64,000 nt of DNA from NCBI GenBank assembly GCA_018882795.1, contig VERJ01000002.1, positions 12,049 through 76,048 on the forward strand, in the 5' to 3' direction. The first letter of the stretch is position 1. Each line of letters begins with the position of its first letter. This document shows positions 10,646 to 20,312 of the stretch, piece after piece. The notes below the pieces were generated by a model. The model ran no database searches. It was given only the letters and a program-made list of their open reading frames with translations, and was not told where the DNA came from. This DNA is from Burkholderiaceae bacterium (GTDB taxonomy: Bacteria; Pseudomonadota; Gammaproteobacteria; Burkholderiales; Burkholderiaceae_A). A program made the position numbers and the translations under genes.

Positions 10646-11953
10646 ATGCGGATCTATGGTGGCCACCTGATCGATCCCGCCAGTGGCATCAATCAGCCGA
10701 TGGACCTCTGGATCGCCGATGGCAGTCTGGTGTCAATCACGCCGTCTGGGCACCGACTGGATGGATTTGTTGCCGATGAAGAGATCAATGCCACTGGCCA
10801 ATACATTTGCCCTGGATTGATTGATCTCTGTGCGCGGCTGCGTGAGCCTGGCTTTGAATACAAGGCCACACTGGAGTCCGAGATGCGCGCCGCGATTGCG
10901 GGCGGTGTGACCCGACTGGCCTGCCCACCCGATACCGATCCACCGCTGGATGAGCCGGGCTTGGTAGAGATGCTCAAGCATCGTGCCCGCAATCTGATCC
11001 AGGCCCATGTCCATCCGCTTGGCGCACTGACCGTCGGCTTAAAGGGTGAGCAGATCACCGAGATGGCCGAGCTCTCTGAAGCGGGCTGTGTTGGTTTTTC
11101 GCAGGGACCGATTCCAATCGTCAATACTCAGGTGCTGGTGCGGGCCATGCAGTATGCAAAGACCTTTGATTACTCGGTCTGGCTCTACCCTATGGATCCA
11201 TGGGTGGGCCGCTCAGGCGTGGCCCACTCTGGCCCCGTGTCGGGTCGGATGGGACTGCCCGGTATTCCTGTGGCCAACGAAACGATTGCGTTGCACACGA
11301 TATTTGAATTGATGCGCTCTACCGGCGCACGAGTCCATCTCTGTCGACTCTCATCGGCGGCGGGCGTGGAACTGGTGCGCCAAGCTAAACAGGAGGGTCT
11401 GCCCATTTCGGCGGATGTGGCCGTGCATCACCTGCATCTGATTGATGTTGATATTGCTGATTTTGATTCGAACTATCGGGTGCTACCGCCATTCCGTGGT
11501 CAGCGGGATCGCGAGGCACTGCGTGCCGCGGTGCTCGATGGCACGGTTGATGTGATCTGCTCGGACCATGCTCCGGTGGATGACGATGCCAAGCAGCTGC
11601 CCTTTGGGGAGGCCGAGCCTGGCGTGTCGGCCATTGAGCTGTTACTGCCTCTGACACTGAAGTGGGCCCAGGAGGCCAATGTGCCACTGGATCAGGCGCT
11701 GCGCCGACTCACGGTGAATGCAGCTGCAGTACTTGGCCGCGATGCAGGCCAGTTGTCGGTAGGTGGTCAGGCCGATATCTGCATTTTTGATCCCAAGGCC
11801 CACTGGATTGTCAATTCGCAGCAGCTGTTCTCCCAGGGGGCCAACACGCCTTATGTTGGACTGGAACTGCAGGGCCGGGTCCATGCGGTGCTTGTGGATG
11901 GCCGCTGCGTCTTTGATCGTGCCCGCGGCGGCTTCTTTCTTCAGTCACGCTGA
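10646..11953 (+). CDS. pyrC': dihydroorotase-like protein, probably non-catalytic PyrC'
   Basis: The protein has amidohydrolase fold and length. The start is taken at ATG 10646 (MRIYGGHLIDPASG). The position of the canonical DxHxH metal motif reads GLIDLCARLREPG, so both His are replaced. The gene lies directly downstream of pyrB. Confidence 0.75.
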   Translation: MRIYGGHLIDPASGINQPMDLWIADGSLVSITPSGHRLDGFVADEEINATGQYICPGLIDLCARLREPGFEYKATLESEMRAAIAGGVTRLACPPDTDPPLDEPGLVEMLKHRARNLIQAHVHPLGALTVGLKGEQITEMAELSEAGCVGFSQGPIPIVNTQVLVRAMQYAKTFDYSVWLYPMDPWVGRSGVAHSGPVSGRMGLPGIPVANETIALHTIFELMRSTGARVHLCRLSSAAGVELVRQAKQEGLPISADVAVHHLHLIDVDIADFDSNYRVLPPFRGQRDREALRAAVLDGTVDVICSDHAPVDDDAKQLPFGEAEPGVSAIELLLPLTLKWAQEANVPLDQALRRLTVNAAAVLGRDAGQLSVGGQADICIFDPKAHWIVNSQQLFSQGANTPYVGLELQGRVHAVLVDGRCVFDRARGGFFLQSR

Positions 11954-11959
11954 ATTCCC

Positions 11960-12742
11960 ATGATGCGTATTCTGTGGCGGGCAGTGCTGCTGTCGCTGCT
12001 GCTCTTGTTTGGCCTGCTGATTTTGTTTTCTTTTTACCGGTTTATCCCTCTGGCCCAGCGTTGTGCTGCCCGCAGAGTCTGGTCCCGGCTGCTGTTGGCC
12101 ATCGGTGGCGTGAGGCTTGAGGTTGAAAAGCCTCGCGGGCTGATTGCGGACTCCCCCATGCTGGTGGTGATGAACCATGTCTCATGGTTGGATATTTTTG
12201 TGCTCAATTCGGTGCTGCCTTCCACCTTCATTGCCAAGAGCGAGATCCGCCAGTGGCCCCTGGTGGGCTGGCTGCTGATGGGCGCCGATACGTTGTTCAT
12301 TGAACGGGCCAGCCGACATGCAGTCCGCCATGTCAATCATCGGATTCTCGAGCGGCTGCGCCGTGGTGAGCACGTGGCATTTTTCCCTGAGAGCACCACC
12401 AGCGATGGCACCCTGGTATTGCCGTTTCATTCCAGTCTTTTTGCGATGGCGGTGCCGCGTAAAAAAGGTGGCGATGAGTCGGGCACTGTATTGCTTGCGC
12501 CTCCCCGAGTGCTGCCGGTAGCCCTGCGGTATTTTCAGTACGATGCGCCCAGCTTGATTCCTGCCTATATTGGCGAGCAGACTTTTCTGGAGTCGGTGCT
12601 CGCGATTCTTACGGCGCGTGGCTTGAGCGTGCGTTTGCGAATTCTTGAGCCGATGCTGCCCGCAGATGCTGAGATCACTCGCCAGATGCTTGCCCAGATG
12701 GCCCACCGGCGGGTCAGTGCCGCGGTGGATGCGCTTGCCTAA
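11960..12742 (+). CDS. lysophospholipid (1-acyl-sn-glycerol-3-phosphate) acyltransferase family protein
   Basis: It has an N-terminal TM segment, the HX4D motif NHVSWLDIF, and FPESTTS. Confidence 0.8.
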   Translation: MMRILWRAVLLSLLLLFGLLILFSFYRFIPLAQRCAARRVWSRLLLAIGGVRLEVEKPRGLIADSPMLVVMNHVSWLDIFVLNSVLPSTFIAKSEIRQWPLVGWLLMGADTLFIERASRHAVRHVNHRILERLRRGEHVAFFPESTTSDGTLVLPFHSSLFAMAVPRKKGGDESGTVLLAPPRVLPVALRYFQYDAPSLIPAYIGEQTFLESVLAILTARGLSVRLRILEPMLPADAEITRQMLAQMAHRRVSAAVDALA

Positions 12743-13561
12743 TTATTCCTCTTTGACTGCGGGCTCAAGGCTCGACTGCAGATAAACCTTGTGATCTTCC
12801 AGTCGGATCGCGCTGAGTTGACGGCCCCAGACACAGCCGGTGTCCAGCCCGATCAGATTGGGCCGGACGACCAGCCCCAATGTAGACCAGTGGCCGAACA
12901 CAATGCGTTGGGACTGTGTTTTTCTGTCCGGCATATCGAACCATGGGGTGAGCCCTGTGACTTGCTCCGGCGCAAGCTTGTTTTTGAATTCGGGAATACC
13001 GCGGGCATCAAGATAGCGTAGTCGTGTGAAGACACTGAGTGCGGCACGCATGCGTTTCTGGCCCTTAATGCCATCGGCCCAATGGGGTTTGGTGCCACTG
13101 ACCATCTCAGCAAGAAAATCTTTCCAGTGATGACTTTTCAGCCGCAGCGATACCTCATGTGCGAGGGACATGGTGTGACGCAGGGTCCAGTGGGGCAGCA
13201 CGCCCGCATGGACCATCAGGGTGTCGCCATCATGGTAGGCCAGCGGCCGTCTGCGTAGCCAGTCAATCAGATCAGCGGCATCGCGTGCGCGCAGGACCTG
13301 TTGGATGGTGTCCAGGGGCTGTGGCTTGCGCACGCCTGCTGCAAGTGCCAGCAGATGCAGGTCATGGTTACCCAACACAGAGACCGCACTGCGACCGGCT
13401 GACATCAGACGGCGCAGCACTTTGAGCGATTTCGGCCCACGGTTGACCAGGTCGCCCACGAACCAGAGCTGGTCGCGTCTCGGATTGATGGGCATTTGGG
13501 CCGCCAGCGCTTCAAGACTGTCCCAGCAGCCTTGCACATCGCCTATTACGTATCGGGCCAT
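12743..13561 (-). CDS. apaH: bis(5'-nucleosyl)-tetraphosphatase (symmetrical)
   Basis: Metallophosphatase motifs are present: MARYVIGDVQGC, GDLVNRGP and GNHD. Confidence 0.9.
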   Translation of the reverse strand: MARYVIGDVQGCWDSLEALAAQMPINPRRDQLWFVGDLVNRGPKSLKVLRRLMSAGRSAVSVLGNHDLHLLALAAGVRKPQPLDTIQQVLRARDAADLIDWLRRRPLAYHDGDTLMVHAGVLPHWTLRHTMSLAHEVSLRLKSHHWKDFLAEMVSGTKPHWADGIKGQKRMRAALSVFTRLRYLDARGIPEFKNKLAPEQVTGLTPWFDMPDRKTQSQRIVFGHWSTLGLVVRPNLIGLDTGCVWGRQLSAIRLEDHKVYLQSSLEPAVKEE

Positions 13562-13624
13562 GGATTCTGGCGTGAGTCCTTAAAATGGAGGGCCAATTGT
13601 CGCATCCTGCCAAGGAGAGAGTTT

Positions 13625-15025
13625 TTGCAGCCTGCCGCCTCGATATTCAAAGCCTACGACATCCGTGGTGTGGTCGACGACACACTGACCGAGCCGGTCG
13701 TGCGGGCCATTGGCATGGCACTGGGCCTCTTGGTAGCCCGTGCGGGCCCAAGCGCATGCGTGGTGGGCAGGGATGGCCGACTCTCGGGACCGCGGCTGGT
13801 GGATGCCTTGGCCGATGGGCTTATGGCCAGCGGTATTGATGTGCTGGATGTCGGCCAGGTGCCGACACCGGTGGTGTATTTCGGCACCGTGGCATCGGGC
13901 TGCGGTTCGGGGGTCGCTGTCACAGGTAGCCACAATCCACCGCAGTACAACGGACTGAAGATGATGGTGGGCGGCGTGACCCTCTGGGGTGATGCGATTG
14001 GGCGTATTCGCGAGCTCATCTTATCGGGCGAGGCCCAGCGTCATGTGGATGCACTTGACGCTACCCGCCGCGGCAAGAGGATTCCGTCGCCCAAGATCGC
14101 TTCGGACTATGCCAATGCCATCGTGCAGGATGTGCGCCTGGCGCGTCCCATGACGATTGCGGTCGATGCGGGCAATGGGGTGGCTGGGGGTATGGCGCCT
14201 GAGCTGCTTGCCCGGATTGGTTGCCACGTGAAACCGCTATTTTGCGAGGTCGATGGCAACTTTCCCAATCATCATCCCGACCCCGCCCATGTGGAGAATC
14301 TCCAGGATCTGATTGATTGTGTTCGCACCACAGATGCCGAAATCGGCCTGGCCTTCGATGGGGATGGTGATCGGCTCGGCGTGGTGACCAAATCCGGCGC
14401 AATTATCTGGCCTGATCGCCAACTCATGTTGTATGCCGCCGATGTCTTGGCAGTACGCCCGGGTGGTCAGATTATTTTTGATGTGAAATGCACGCGACAT
14501 GTCGCATCCTGGGTCCGTCAGCACGGTGGTGTGCCCTTGATGTGGAAGACCGGACACTCCCTGATCAAGGCCAAGCTGAAGGAAACCGGTGCACCCCTTG
14601 CTGGAGAGATGAGCGGCCACATCTTCTTCAACGACCGCTGGTATGGTTTTGATGATGCGCTCTACACGGCGGCCCGACTGCTCGAGATCGTTTCCCGTGT
14701 TGATGACCCCTCTGCCTTGCTGGAGTCTCTTCCCGACTCGGCGTCAACACCGGAGCTGCAACTCGCTACGCAGGAAGGTGAGAATTTCTCTATCGTGGAA
14801 CGGCTGCGGCAGGAGGGCCACTTTCCATCGGCGACAGAGTGCATCACGATTGATGGGATTCGTGTCGAGTATGCCGATGGTTTCGGGTTGGCGCGGCCAT
14901 CCAACACCACGCCCGTGATTGTGATGCGTTTCGAGGCCGACAATCCTGTGGCCTTGGCCAGAATCCAATCTGAATTTCGTGACAATTTCTCCCGGCTGCT
15001 GCCGGATGTGAGGCTGCCGTTTTAG
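13625..15025 (+). CDS. algC: phosphomannomutase/phosphoglucomutase
   Basis: Motifs are TGSHNPPQYNG (active-site Ser loop) and FDGDGDRLGVV. ORF 13496..15025 is trimmed to TTG 13625, which sits 6 nt after AAGGAGAG (13611-13618). This gives LQPAASIFKAYDIRG and removes the overlap with apaH. Confidence 0.85.
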   Translation: MQPAASIFKAYDIRGVVDDTLTEPVVRAIGMALGLLVARAGPSACVVGRDGRLSGPRLVDALADGLMASGIDVLDVGQVPTPVVYFGTVASGCGSGVAVTGSHNPPQYNGLKMMVGGVTLWGDAIGRIRELILSGEAQRHVDALDATRRGKRIPSPKIASDYANAIVQDVRLARPMTIAVDAGNGVAGGMAPELLARIGCHVKPLFCEVDGNFPNHHPDPAHVENLQDLIDCVRTTDAEIGLAFDGDGDRLGVVTKSGAIIWPDRQLMLYAADVLAVRPGGQIIFDVKCTRHVASWVRQHGGVPLMWKTGHSLIKAKLKETGAPLAGEMSGHIFFNDRWYGFDDALYTAARLLEIVSRVDDPSALLESLPDSASTPELQLATQEGENFSIVERLRQEGHFPSATECITIDGIRVEYADGFGLARPSNTTPVIVMRFEADNPVALARIQSEFRDNFSRLLPDVRLPF

Positions 15026-15066
15026 CATCCAAACTCTCTGGCCGTGCGGGTACAGCACCGCTTACG

Positions 15067-16077
15067 GTGTGTCGTGCCCTGCTGATCAAGACCAGCTCTA
15101 TGGGCGACCTTGTGCATATGCTCTCTGCGGTGCAGGAGGCTGCTGCGGCCGCGCCATCGGTGCGATTCGATTGGGTCTGTGAAGAGGCCTTTGTTGATCT
15201 TCCTCGGCTCTCGCCTGCAGTGGATCGTGTGATTGTGGTGGCCACAAGACGCTGGCGACACTCCCTCGGCTCGGTGCAGACACGGGCTGAAATTCGTCGC
15301 TTTGTTGCCGAACTGCGCGCAACCCGCTATGACCTTGTGATTGATGCCCAGGGGCTCTTGAAGACGGCCTGGATTACCGCCCTTGCCCGCTGCAACCGCT
15401 CATCTCGCTGGGGTTTTGATTGGTCGAGCAGTCGGGAGCCACTCTCTATTTTGGCGACGGGGCGCAGGGTTCATGCACCTTTTCAATGGCATGCGATTGA
15501 GCGTCTGCGCACCCTGATGGGCCAGGCACTGGGCTACTTTCCAAGCGGTCCGATTGCGACCTTGGATGCACCCACTCCGGATGCCTCGGTGGCCCACGCT
15601 GCAGGTACTCAGGCAAGCATTGTGCCCACCGTGATGTTTCTGCATGGCACTTCGCGTGAACAGAAGTCCTGGCCTGCGAGCGATTGGGCGGTGCTGGGTA
15701 AGGCGCTCACAGCGCAGGGATTTCATGTCCTGCTGCCTCAGGGGTCCGCATCTGAGGCCCACAATGCGATGCAGATCGCGAAGGCGATCGGCCCATCAGC
15801 CAGGGTCCTTCCAGAGTCCTCGATTGGTGCGCTTGCGGCATTGATGCGACAGTCGGCGGTGGTGATCGGTGTCGACAGCGGCCTGATGCATCTTGCAGTG
15901 GTACTTGGCGTTCCCACTGTGGCAATCATGGCGGCATCGCATTTAGAGCGTTTCTCTGCAGCGCGCTTTGCGCCGACCTGGGCAGGCCATGCCCAGGTCG
16001 TGACACGGCCGGATTCGGAGACACCTATTTCAGTGAATCAGGTGTTTGGGGCCTGCAAGGCTGTGGGTGTGCTTTGA
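15067..16077 (+). CDS. waaC: lipopolysaccharide heptosyltransferase I (GT9)
   Basis: It carries LLIKTSSMGDLVHMLSAV and GVDSGLMHLAVVLG, and lies upstream of waaA. Confidence 0.85.
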   Translation: MCRALLIKTSSMGDLVHMLSAVQEAAAAAPSVRFDWVCEEAFVDLPRLSPAVDRVIVVATRRWRHSLGSVQTRAEIRRFVAELRATRYDLVIDAQGLLKTAWITALARCNRSSRWGFDWSSSREPLSILATGRRVHAPFQWHAIERLRTLMGQALGYFPSGPIATLDAPTPDASVAHAAGTQASIVPTVMFLHGTSREQKSWPASDWAVLGKALTAQGFHVLLPQGSASEAHNAMQIAKAIGPSARVLPESSIGALAALMRQSAVVIGVDSGLMHLAVVLGVPTVAIMAASHLERFSAARFAPTWAGHAQVVTRPDSETPISVNQVFGACKAVGVL

Positions 16078-17537
16078 TGACGCAGATCCAGGAATCGTTT
16101 GTGGAACGTTTGGCACGTTGGGCCTACGGTGTCTTTGGCGTAGCGATGCTGCCTGTGCTGGTACTGCATCTTTTCTGGCGCGGCCTGCGGCAGCGTGATT
16201 ATTGGCGGCACTGGTCTGAGCGATTCTCGGGTGGTCCGCCTGTATCCGAACATCAACTTCCTGGCTGGCTTGGTGGCGCTCGCGATCCCGATCAGGCCGT
16301 GCTGTGGATTCATGCAGTCTCGGTGGGCGAGACCCGGGCCGCTGCCCCCTTGATTGATCGTTGGCTTGCCCAGTCCGATCGGCATGTTGTGCTGCTCACC
16401 CACACCACACCCACGGGCAGAGCAACGGGTGCTGATCTTTTTGCGAGATGGCTGACACAGCCCGCGCCGCGTCTTGTCCAGCGTTATCTTCCCTATGATT
16501 TTTCGTGGGCGAATCACCGATTTTTGACATCGGTCAGGCCCACCCTTGGCGTGCTGATGGAGACCGAACTCTGGCCTAATCTCTTGGCCCAGGCCCGTGC
16601 GTTACGACTCCCAGTAGCACTCATCAACGCGCGTCTGTCACCCCGATCGCGTGAGCGGCTGCGTCGTTTTCGCTGGCTGTCGCGGCCCGCTGTCGCAGGC
16701 CTTGTTGGGATCGCCGCACAGACATCACGCGATGCGCAGGGCTTTGAGGCAGTCTTGATGCTTTCACCAAAGGATTCGTATGCGCGGCCACGCATTGAGA
16801 TTCTGGGCAATATGAAATTTGATGTGGATATTCCCGAGTCCATGCGCGCACTGGGCCAGCAGTGGCGTACGCTGTTCATCTCGCAGCATGCCCAGTCTGC
16901 TGGGGATTCATCACGCATCTGGGCTGCAGTGAGCACGCGTGAAGATGAGGAGTCAGCCCTGTTGGATGCCTGGCTGGCGGCACGCCGAGAGGGCCGGCTG
17001 ACTTTGCGCGATCACTTGTTGATCGTCCCGCGTCATCCGCAGCGATTCGAACGCGTGGCGCAACTGATCCGTGAGCGTGGACTCATGGTGTGCTGCCGCT
17101 CACAGGACTGGTCCGCACCAGACATGACTCAGCCAGCACCGACGCAGTTGATGGCTGCGAGAGATACCGTCTGGCTGGGGGATAGTTTGGGCGAGATGTT
17201 TGCTTACCTGCAGATGGCTGACATTGTGCTGATTGGCGGCAGCGTCAAACCATTGGGGGGGCAGAATCCGCTAGAGGCCTGCGCCCTGGGCAGGCCTGTG
17301 TTTTTTGGCCCACACATGTTCAATTTTTATGAAATTGCCCGCGAATTGAAGTCCTGTGGGGCGGGGGTAGAAGTAATCGATGCCGCCGACTGGATCACTC
17401 GGGGACTGCAGTTACTGAAAGATGATGCGCAGATGAGCAAACGCGCCGCCCAGGCATTGGCGTTTTCACAACTGCATCGCGGCGCCACTGCCAGGACCGA
17501 GGTTTTTCTGAACGCTATTTTGCAAGCAGCCCGTTGA
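16074..17537 (+). CDS. waaA: 3-deoxy-D-manno-octulosonic acid (Kdo) transferase
   Basis: It carries the LWIHAVSVGETRAA motif and has a length typical of KdtA. Its start overlaps the waaC stop. Confidence 0.9.
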   Translation: MMTQIQESFVERLARWAYGVFGVAMLPVLVLHLFWRGLRQRDYWRHWSERFSGGPPVSEHQLPGWLGGARDPDQAVLWIHAVSVGETRAAAPLIDRWLAQSDRHVVLLTHTTPTGRATGADLFARWLTQPAPRLVQRYLPYDFSWANHRFLTSVRPTLGVLMETELWPNLLAQARALRLPVALINARLSPRSRERLRRFRWLSRPAVAGLVGIAAQTSRDAQGFEAVLMLSPKDSYARPRIEILGNMKFDVDIPESMRALGQQWRTLFISQHAQSAGDSSRIWAAVSTREDEESALLDAWLAARREGRLTLRDHLLIVPRHPQRFERVAQLIRERGLMVCCRSQDWSAPDMTQPAPTQLMAARDTVWLGDSLGEMFAYLQMADIVLIGGSVKPLGGQNPLEACALGRPVFFGPHMFNFYEIARELKSCGAGVEVIDAADWITRGLQLLKDDAQMSKRAAQALAFSQLHRGATARTEVFLNAILQAAR

Positions 17538-18888
17538 TATCGTCGATATCAGATTCCGACAGCGCGCCTGCCGAGGCCTTCAGTTTCAGGCTGTTGATCA
17601 GGGTGTCATAGCGAGCCTTTGAGAGATCACGCTGCGTCGTGTAGAGCTGCTGTTGGGCATTCAGTACATCGATATTGATGCGCACACCGACCTCATAACC
17701 CAGCAGGTTGGACTCCAGGGCGAGGCGGCTGGATCTCTCGGCGGCTTCATAAGCCTTGACTTGTGAAAGACCGGCCAACACACCAAGAAAGGCGGTCTTT
17801 GCAGTCTGCTCGGCATTGCGCCGCTCGTTTTCAAGATCAAAGAGGGCCTTATCGCGCAGGGCGACGACCTCCTTGGCCTTATTCATGGCAATGCCGCCAT
17901 TAAAAAGCGGGAGTGTGAGTTCTAATGACAGCGTGTCGGTATCAGCGCGTGGATAGACGTTGGTTGACAGCGTTAGTGGATCAACCCTGCGCTTCTGCGC
18001 GACCAGGTCAATGGTGGGCATGTTGTCCGCTGAGATTACGCGCGTGACCTCGCTCTTGGCGATTTCTGCAGCGGAGGCGGCAGCCTGTACCTTCAGGCTG
18101 GCTTCGCGGGCCTGCTCGACCCATTTGGAGACATCCAGGGGTTCGGGATTGCTCAGGCTGACAGCGTCTTTCAGGCCGCTCAGCCGCTGGGGCAGAGGCT
18201 GGCCCACCAGAAGATTCAGCGCGTTGCGCTTCACATCCAGGTCGTTTCTGGCAGCGATCTGTTTGGCGGTGGCCAGATCGAAGCGGGCCTGGGCCTCTTG
18301 CTGATCGGTGATCGTGGCTGTGCCCACTTCAAAATTACGCTTGGCGGACTCAAGCTGCGCGCCAATGGCCTTCAGCTCCGCATCGACGCTGGCCAGGCTG
18401 TCCTGGGCCACCAGCACATCAAAATAGGCTTGTGTGACCCTGAGCAGGGCATCGATTCTCGCTTGGGTGAAATTGGCCTCACCGGCGCGCGTGCGTTCAC
18501 GTTCCTGATTAAACGCCGCCAGCCGTTCCATACGAAAGATCGGCTGAGTGAGTGTGGCCACATAGGTTGTGCCGAGTCGCCCTGAATAGCTCAGATTGGC
18601 GGCCGGGATTGATGCGGCTGGGTTGTTACCTACGGTGAAGTCTGTCTGAGATCTGTTGGCCGTGAAGGTCGCCGCCGGGAGCAGCAACCCAAGCCCCTGG
18701 CCGAATCGGGTGGCGTCGGCCTCGGCCTTTTTGCGGGCCGCCAGGAAAGTGGCGTCGTGCTGCAGGGCCTGCCTAGCTGCCGCCGAGAGATCAAAACCGA
18801 GGGCGGTGCTGCAGCCCAGTCCAATGACTGCTGCAGCAAGACTGCCTGATCTAAAACCTGAAGTGCGAAATCTTTGGGGCATCTTCAA
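17515..18888 (-). CDS. tolC: TolC family outer membrane efflux protein
   Basis: It has a signal peptide and a two-fold OEP repeat architecture (LTLKQAL-type starts, coiled regions). Confidence 0.85.
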   Translation of the reverse strand: MKMPQRFRTSGFRSGSLAAAVIGLGCSTALGFDLSAAARQALQHDATFLAARKKAEADATRFGQGLGLLLPAATFTANRSQTDFTVGNNPAASIPAANLSYSGRLGTTYVATLTQPIFRMERLAAFNQERERTRAGEANFTQARIDALLRVTQAYFDVLVAQDSLASVDAELKAIGAQLESAKRNFEVGTATITDQQEAQARFDLATAKQIAARNDLDVKRNALNLLVGQPLPQRLSGLKDAVSLSNPEPLDVSKWVEQAREASLKVQAAASAAEIAKSEVTRVISADNMPTIDLVAQKRRVDPLTLSTNVYPRADTDTLSLELTLPLFNGGIAMNKAKEVVALRDKALFDLENERRNAEQTAKTAFLGVLAGLSQVKAYEAAERSSRLALESNLLGYEVGVRINIDVLNAQQQLYTTQRDLSKARYDTLINSLKLKASAGALSESDIDDINGLLAK

Positions 18889-19543
18889 GGGGCTTGGTCA
18901 GGGTTTCAAATAAGACAGTGCTGCGGATGCCATCGGCTGAGTGGGCAGCACTGGTTCCAACGCGCTCAACCAGTAAGGCCTGCATCACTGGGGCTGTGCC
19001 CACGATGGCAACGAGTCTGCCGCCTGGGCTGAGCTTGCGGATCAGGTGCTCGGGGATTTTTTCCACCGCACCCGAGATGGCAATCGCATCAAAAACATTG
19101 TGATCCCAGCGGGTGTTTTCCGCTAAACCATTGGCGTGCACAACCTCGACATTCGAGATGGCCGCCTGGCTGAGATTTTCCTGTGCAAGGGTCACCAGGC
19201 TTTCGTATTTCTCGACAGTGAGGACCTGGGCAGACTGTCGGGCCATGAGCCCTGCCATGTAGCCTGAACCGGCGCCGATTTCCAGCACCCGATCAGAGGG
19301 GGTAAGGTTGAGTTCCTGCAGCAGCCTGGCCTCGACCTTCGGGGCCAGCATGACCTGACCCTCTGGCAAGGGCAATTCCATATCGACGAACGCTAGGTGA
19401 CGATGCGATCGCGGCACGAAATCTTCGCGATGCAGTTCCGCAAGCAGGGTGAGCACATTGGGATCAAGCACGTTCCACGGCCGAATCTGCTGCTCGATCA
19501 TCTTCGAGCGTGCCTTCTCGGTGTTGTTGAAATCGGGGTTCAT
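18851..19543 (-). CDS. pcm: protein-L-isoaspartate O-methyltransferase family protein
   Basis: It has the SAM-binding motif VLEIGAGSGYMAGLMA. The start is taken at ATG 19543 (MNPDFNN). Its 3' end overlaps the tolC start by 38 nt. Confidence 0.75.
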   Translation of the reverse strand: MNPDFNNTEKARSKMIEQQIRPWNVLDPNVLTLLAELHREDFVPRSHRHLAFVDMELPLPEGQVMLAPKVEARLLQELNLTPSDRVLEIGAGSGYMAGLMARQSAQVLTVEKYESLVTLAQENLSQAAISNVEVVHANGLAENTRWDHNVFDAIAISGAVEKIPEHLIRKLSPGGRLVAIVGTAPVMQALLVERVGTSAAHSADGIRSTVLFETLTKPLEDAPKISHFRF

Positions 19544-19574
19544 GTCAGGCTCCAGCAAGACCCCGAGTCTAGCA

Positions 19575-20258
19575 CTAGCTGCCCTCGGGGGGCCTGCCCG
19601 TCGTGGGGAGCATCACGCTGCGGATGGCCATATCGATGGCCTCCCGGACGTAGGCCCGCTCATCAATGGGGCTCACGCTGTGGTCATGCAATGCCTGTCG
19701 CCACAGGGCCAGCCAGGACAGGGGGGCCAGTAGCACCTTGATCCGTTCGCGGGAGATTTCGCCTCGTACCTCACCGCGCTCCACGCCACGCTTGAGTAAT
19801 TTGGTGAGTTGTTCATGCACAGGACCCATCACTTCGCGCAGATAAGATTCGGCCAGATGCGGAAAGTTGTTCGATTCGGCCAATACGATGCGCGCAATCA
19901 GGTAGAGCTGCGACTCCAGGAATTGGTCCCAGCCCCAGCCGAGAAACTCCCGCAACATCACCTCGGTGCTCTGGCTGTCGTCATCTTTACGATTGCTGAT
20001 TGCCTCAATCCAAGGGGCCGCCCGTTCGCGAATCACGGCCTCGAACAAGTCTTGCTTGCTGGCGAAATATAAATACACGGTGCCCTTCGAGATGCCGGCC
20101 TTCGCCGCAACATCATCAAGCCGCGTTTGTGAATAGCCAAACTCCGCAAATAGGCTGAGCGCGGCATTGATCAACTCCTGGGGGCGGGCGTCCTTGCGGC
20201 GCTTCCAGCGTGGGCCAGGTTTTTCTTTATCGATTTCAATGACGGCGGATTCTTGCAT
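19575..20258 (-). CDS. TetR/AcrR family transcriptional regulator
   Basis: It has the TetR_N HTH (TRLDDVAAKAGISKGTVYLYFASKQDLF). ORF 19575..20330 is trimmed to ATG 20258. Confidence 0.8.
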   Translation of the reverse strand: MQESAVIEIDKEKPGPRWKRRKDARPQELINAALSLFAEFGYSQTRLDDVAAKAGISKGTVYLYFASKQDLFEAVIRERAAPWIEAISNRKDDDSQSTEVMLREFLGWGWDQFLESQLYLIARIVLAESNNFPHLAESYLREVMGPVHEQLTKLLKRGVERGEVRGEISRERIKVLLAPLSWLALWRQALHDHSVSPIDERAYVREAIDMAIRSVMLPTTGRPPEGS

Positions 20259-20312
20259 CGCGCGTATTGTAATCAGAGTGCATAATGACTCCGCTTCTCT
20301 GTCCCCGAATTT

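Noticed and set aside
13496-13624. N-terminal extension of the algC ORF overlapping apaH by 66 nt.
   Set aside because: The phosphomannomutase homology starts at IFKAYDIRG. A TTG with an excellent AAGGAGAG SD at the right spacing lies at 13625.
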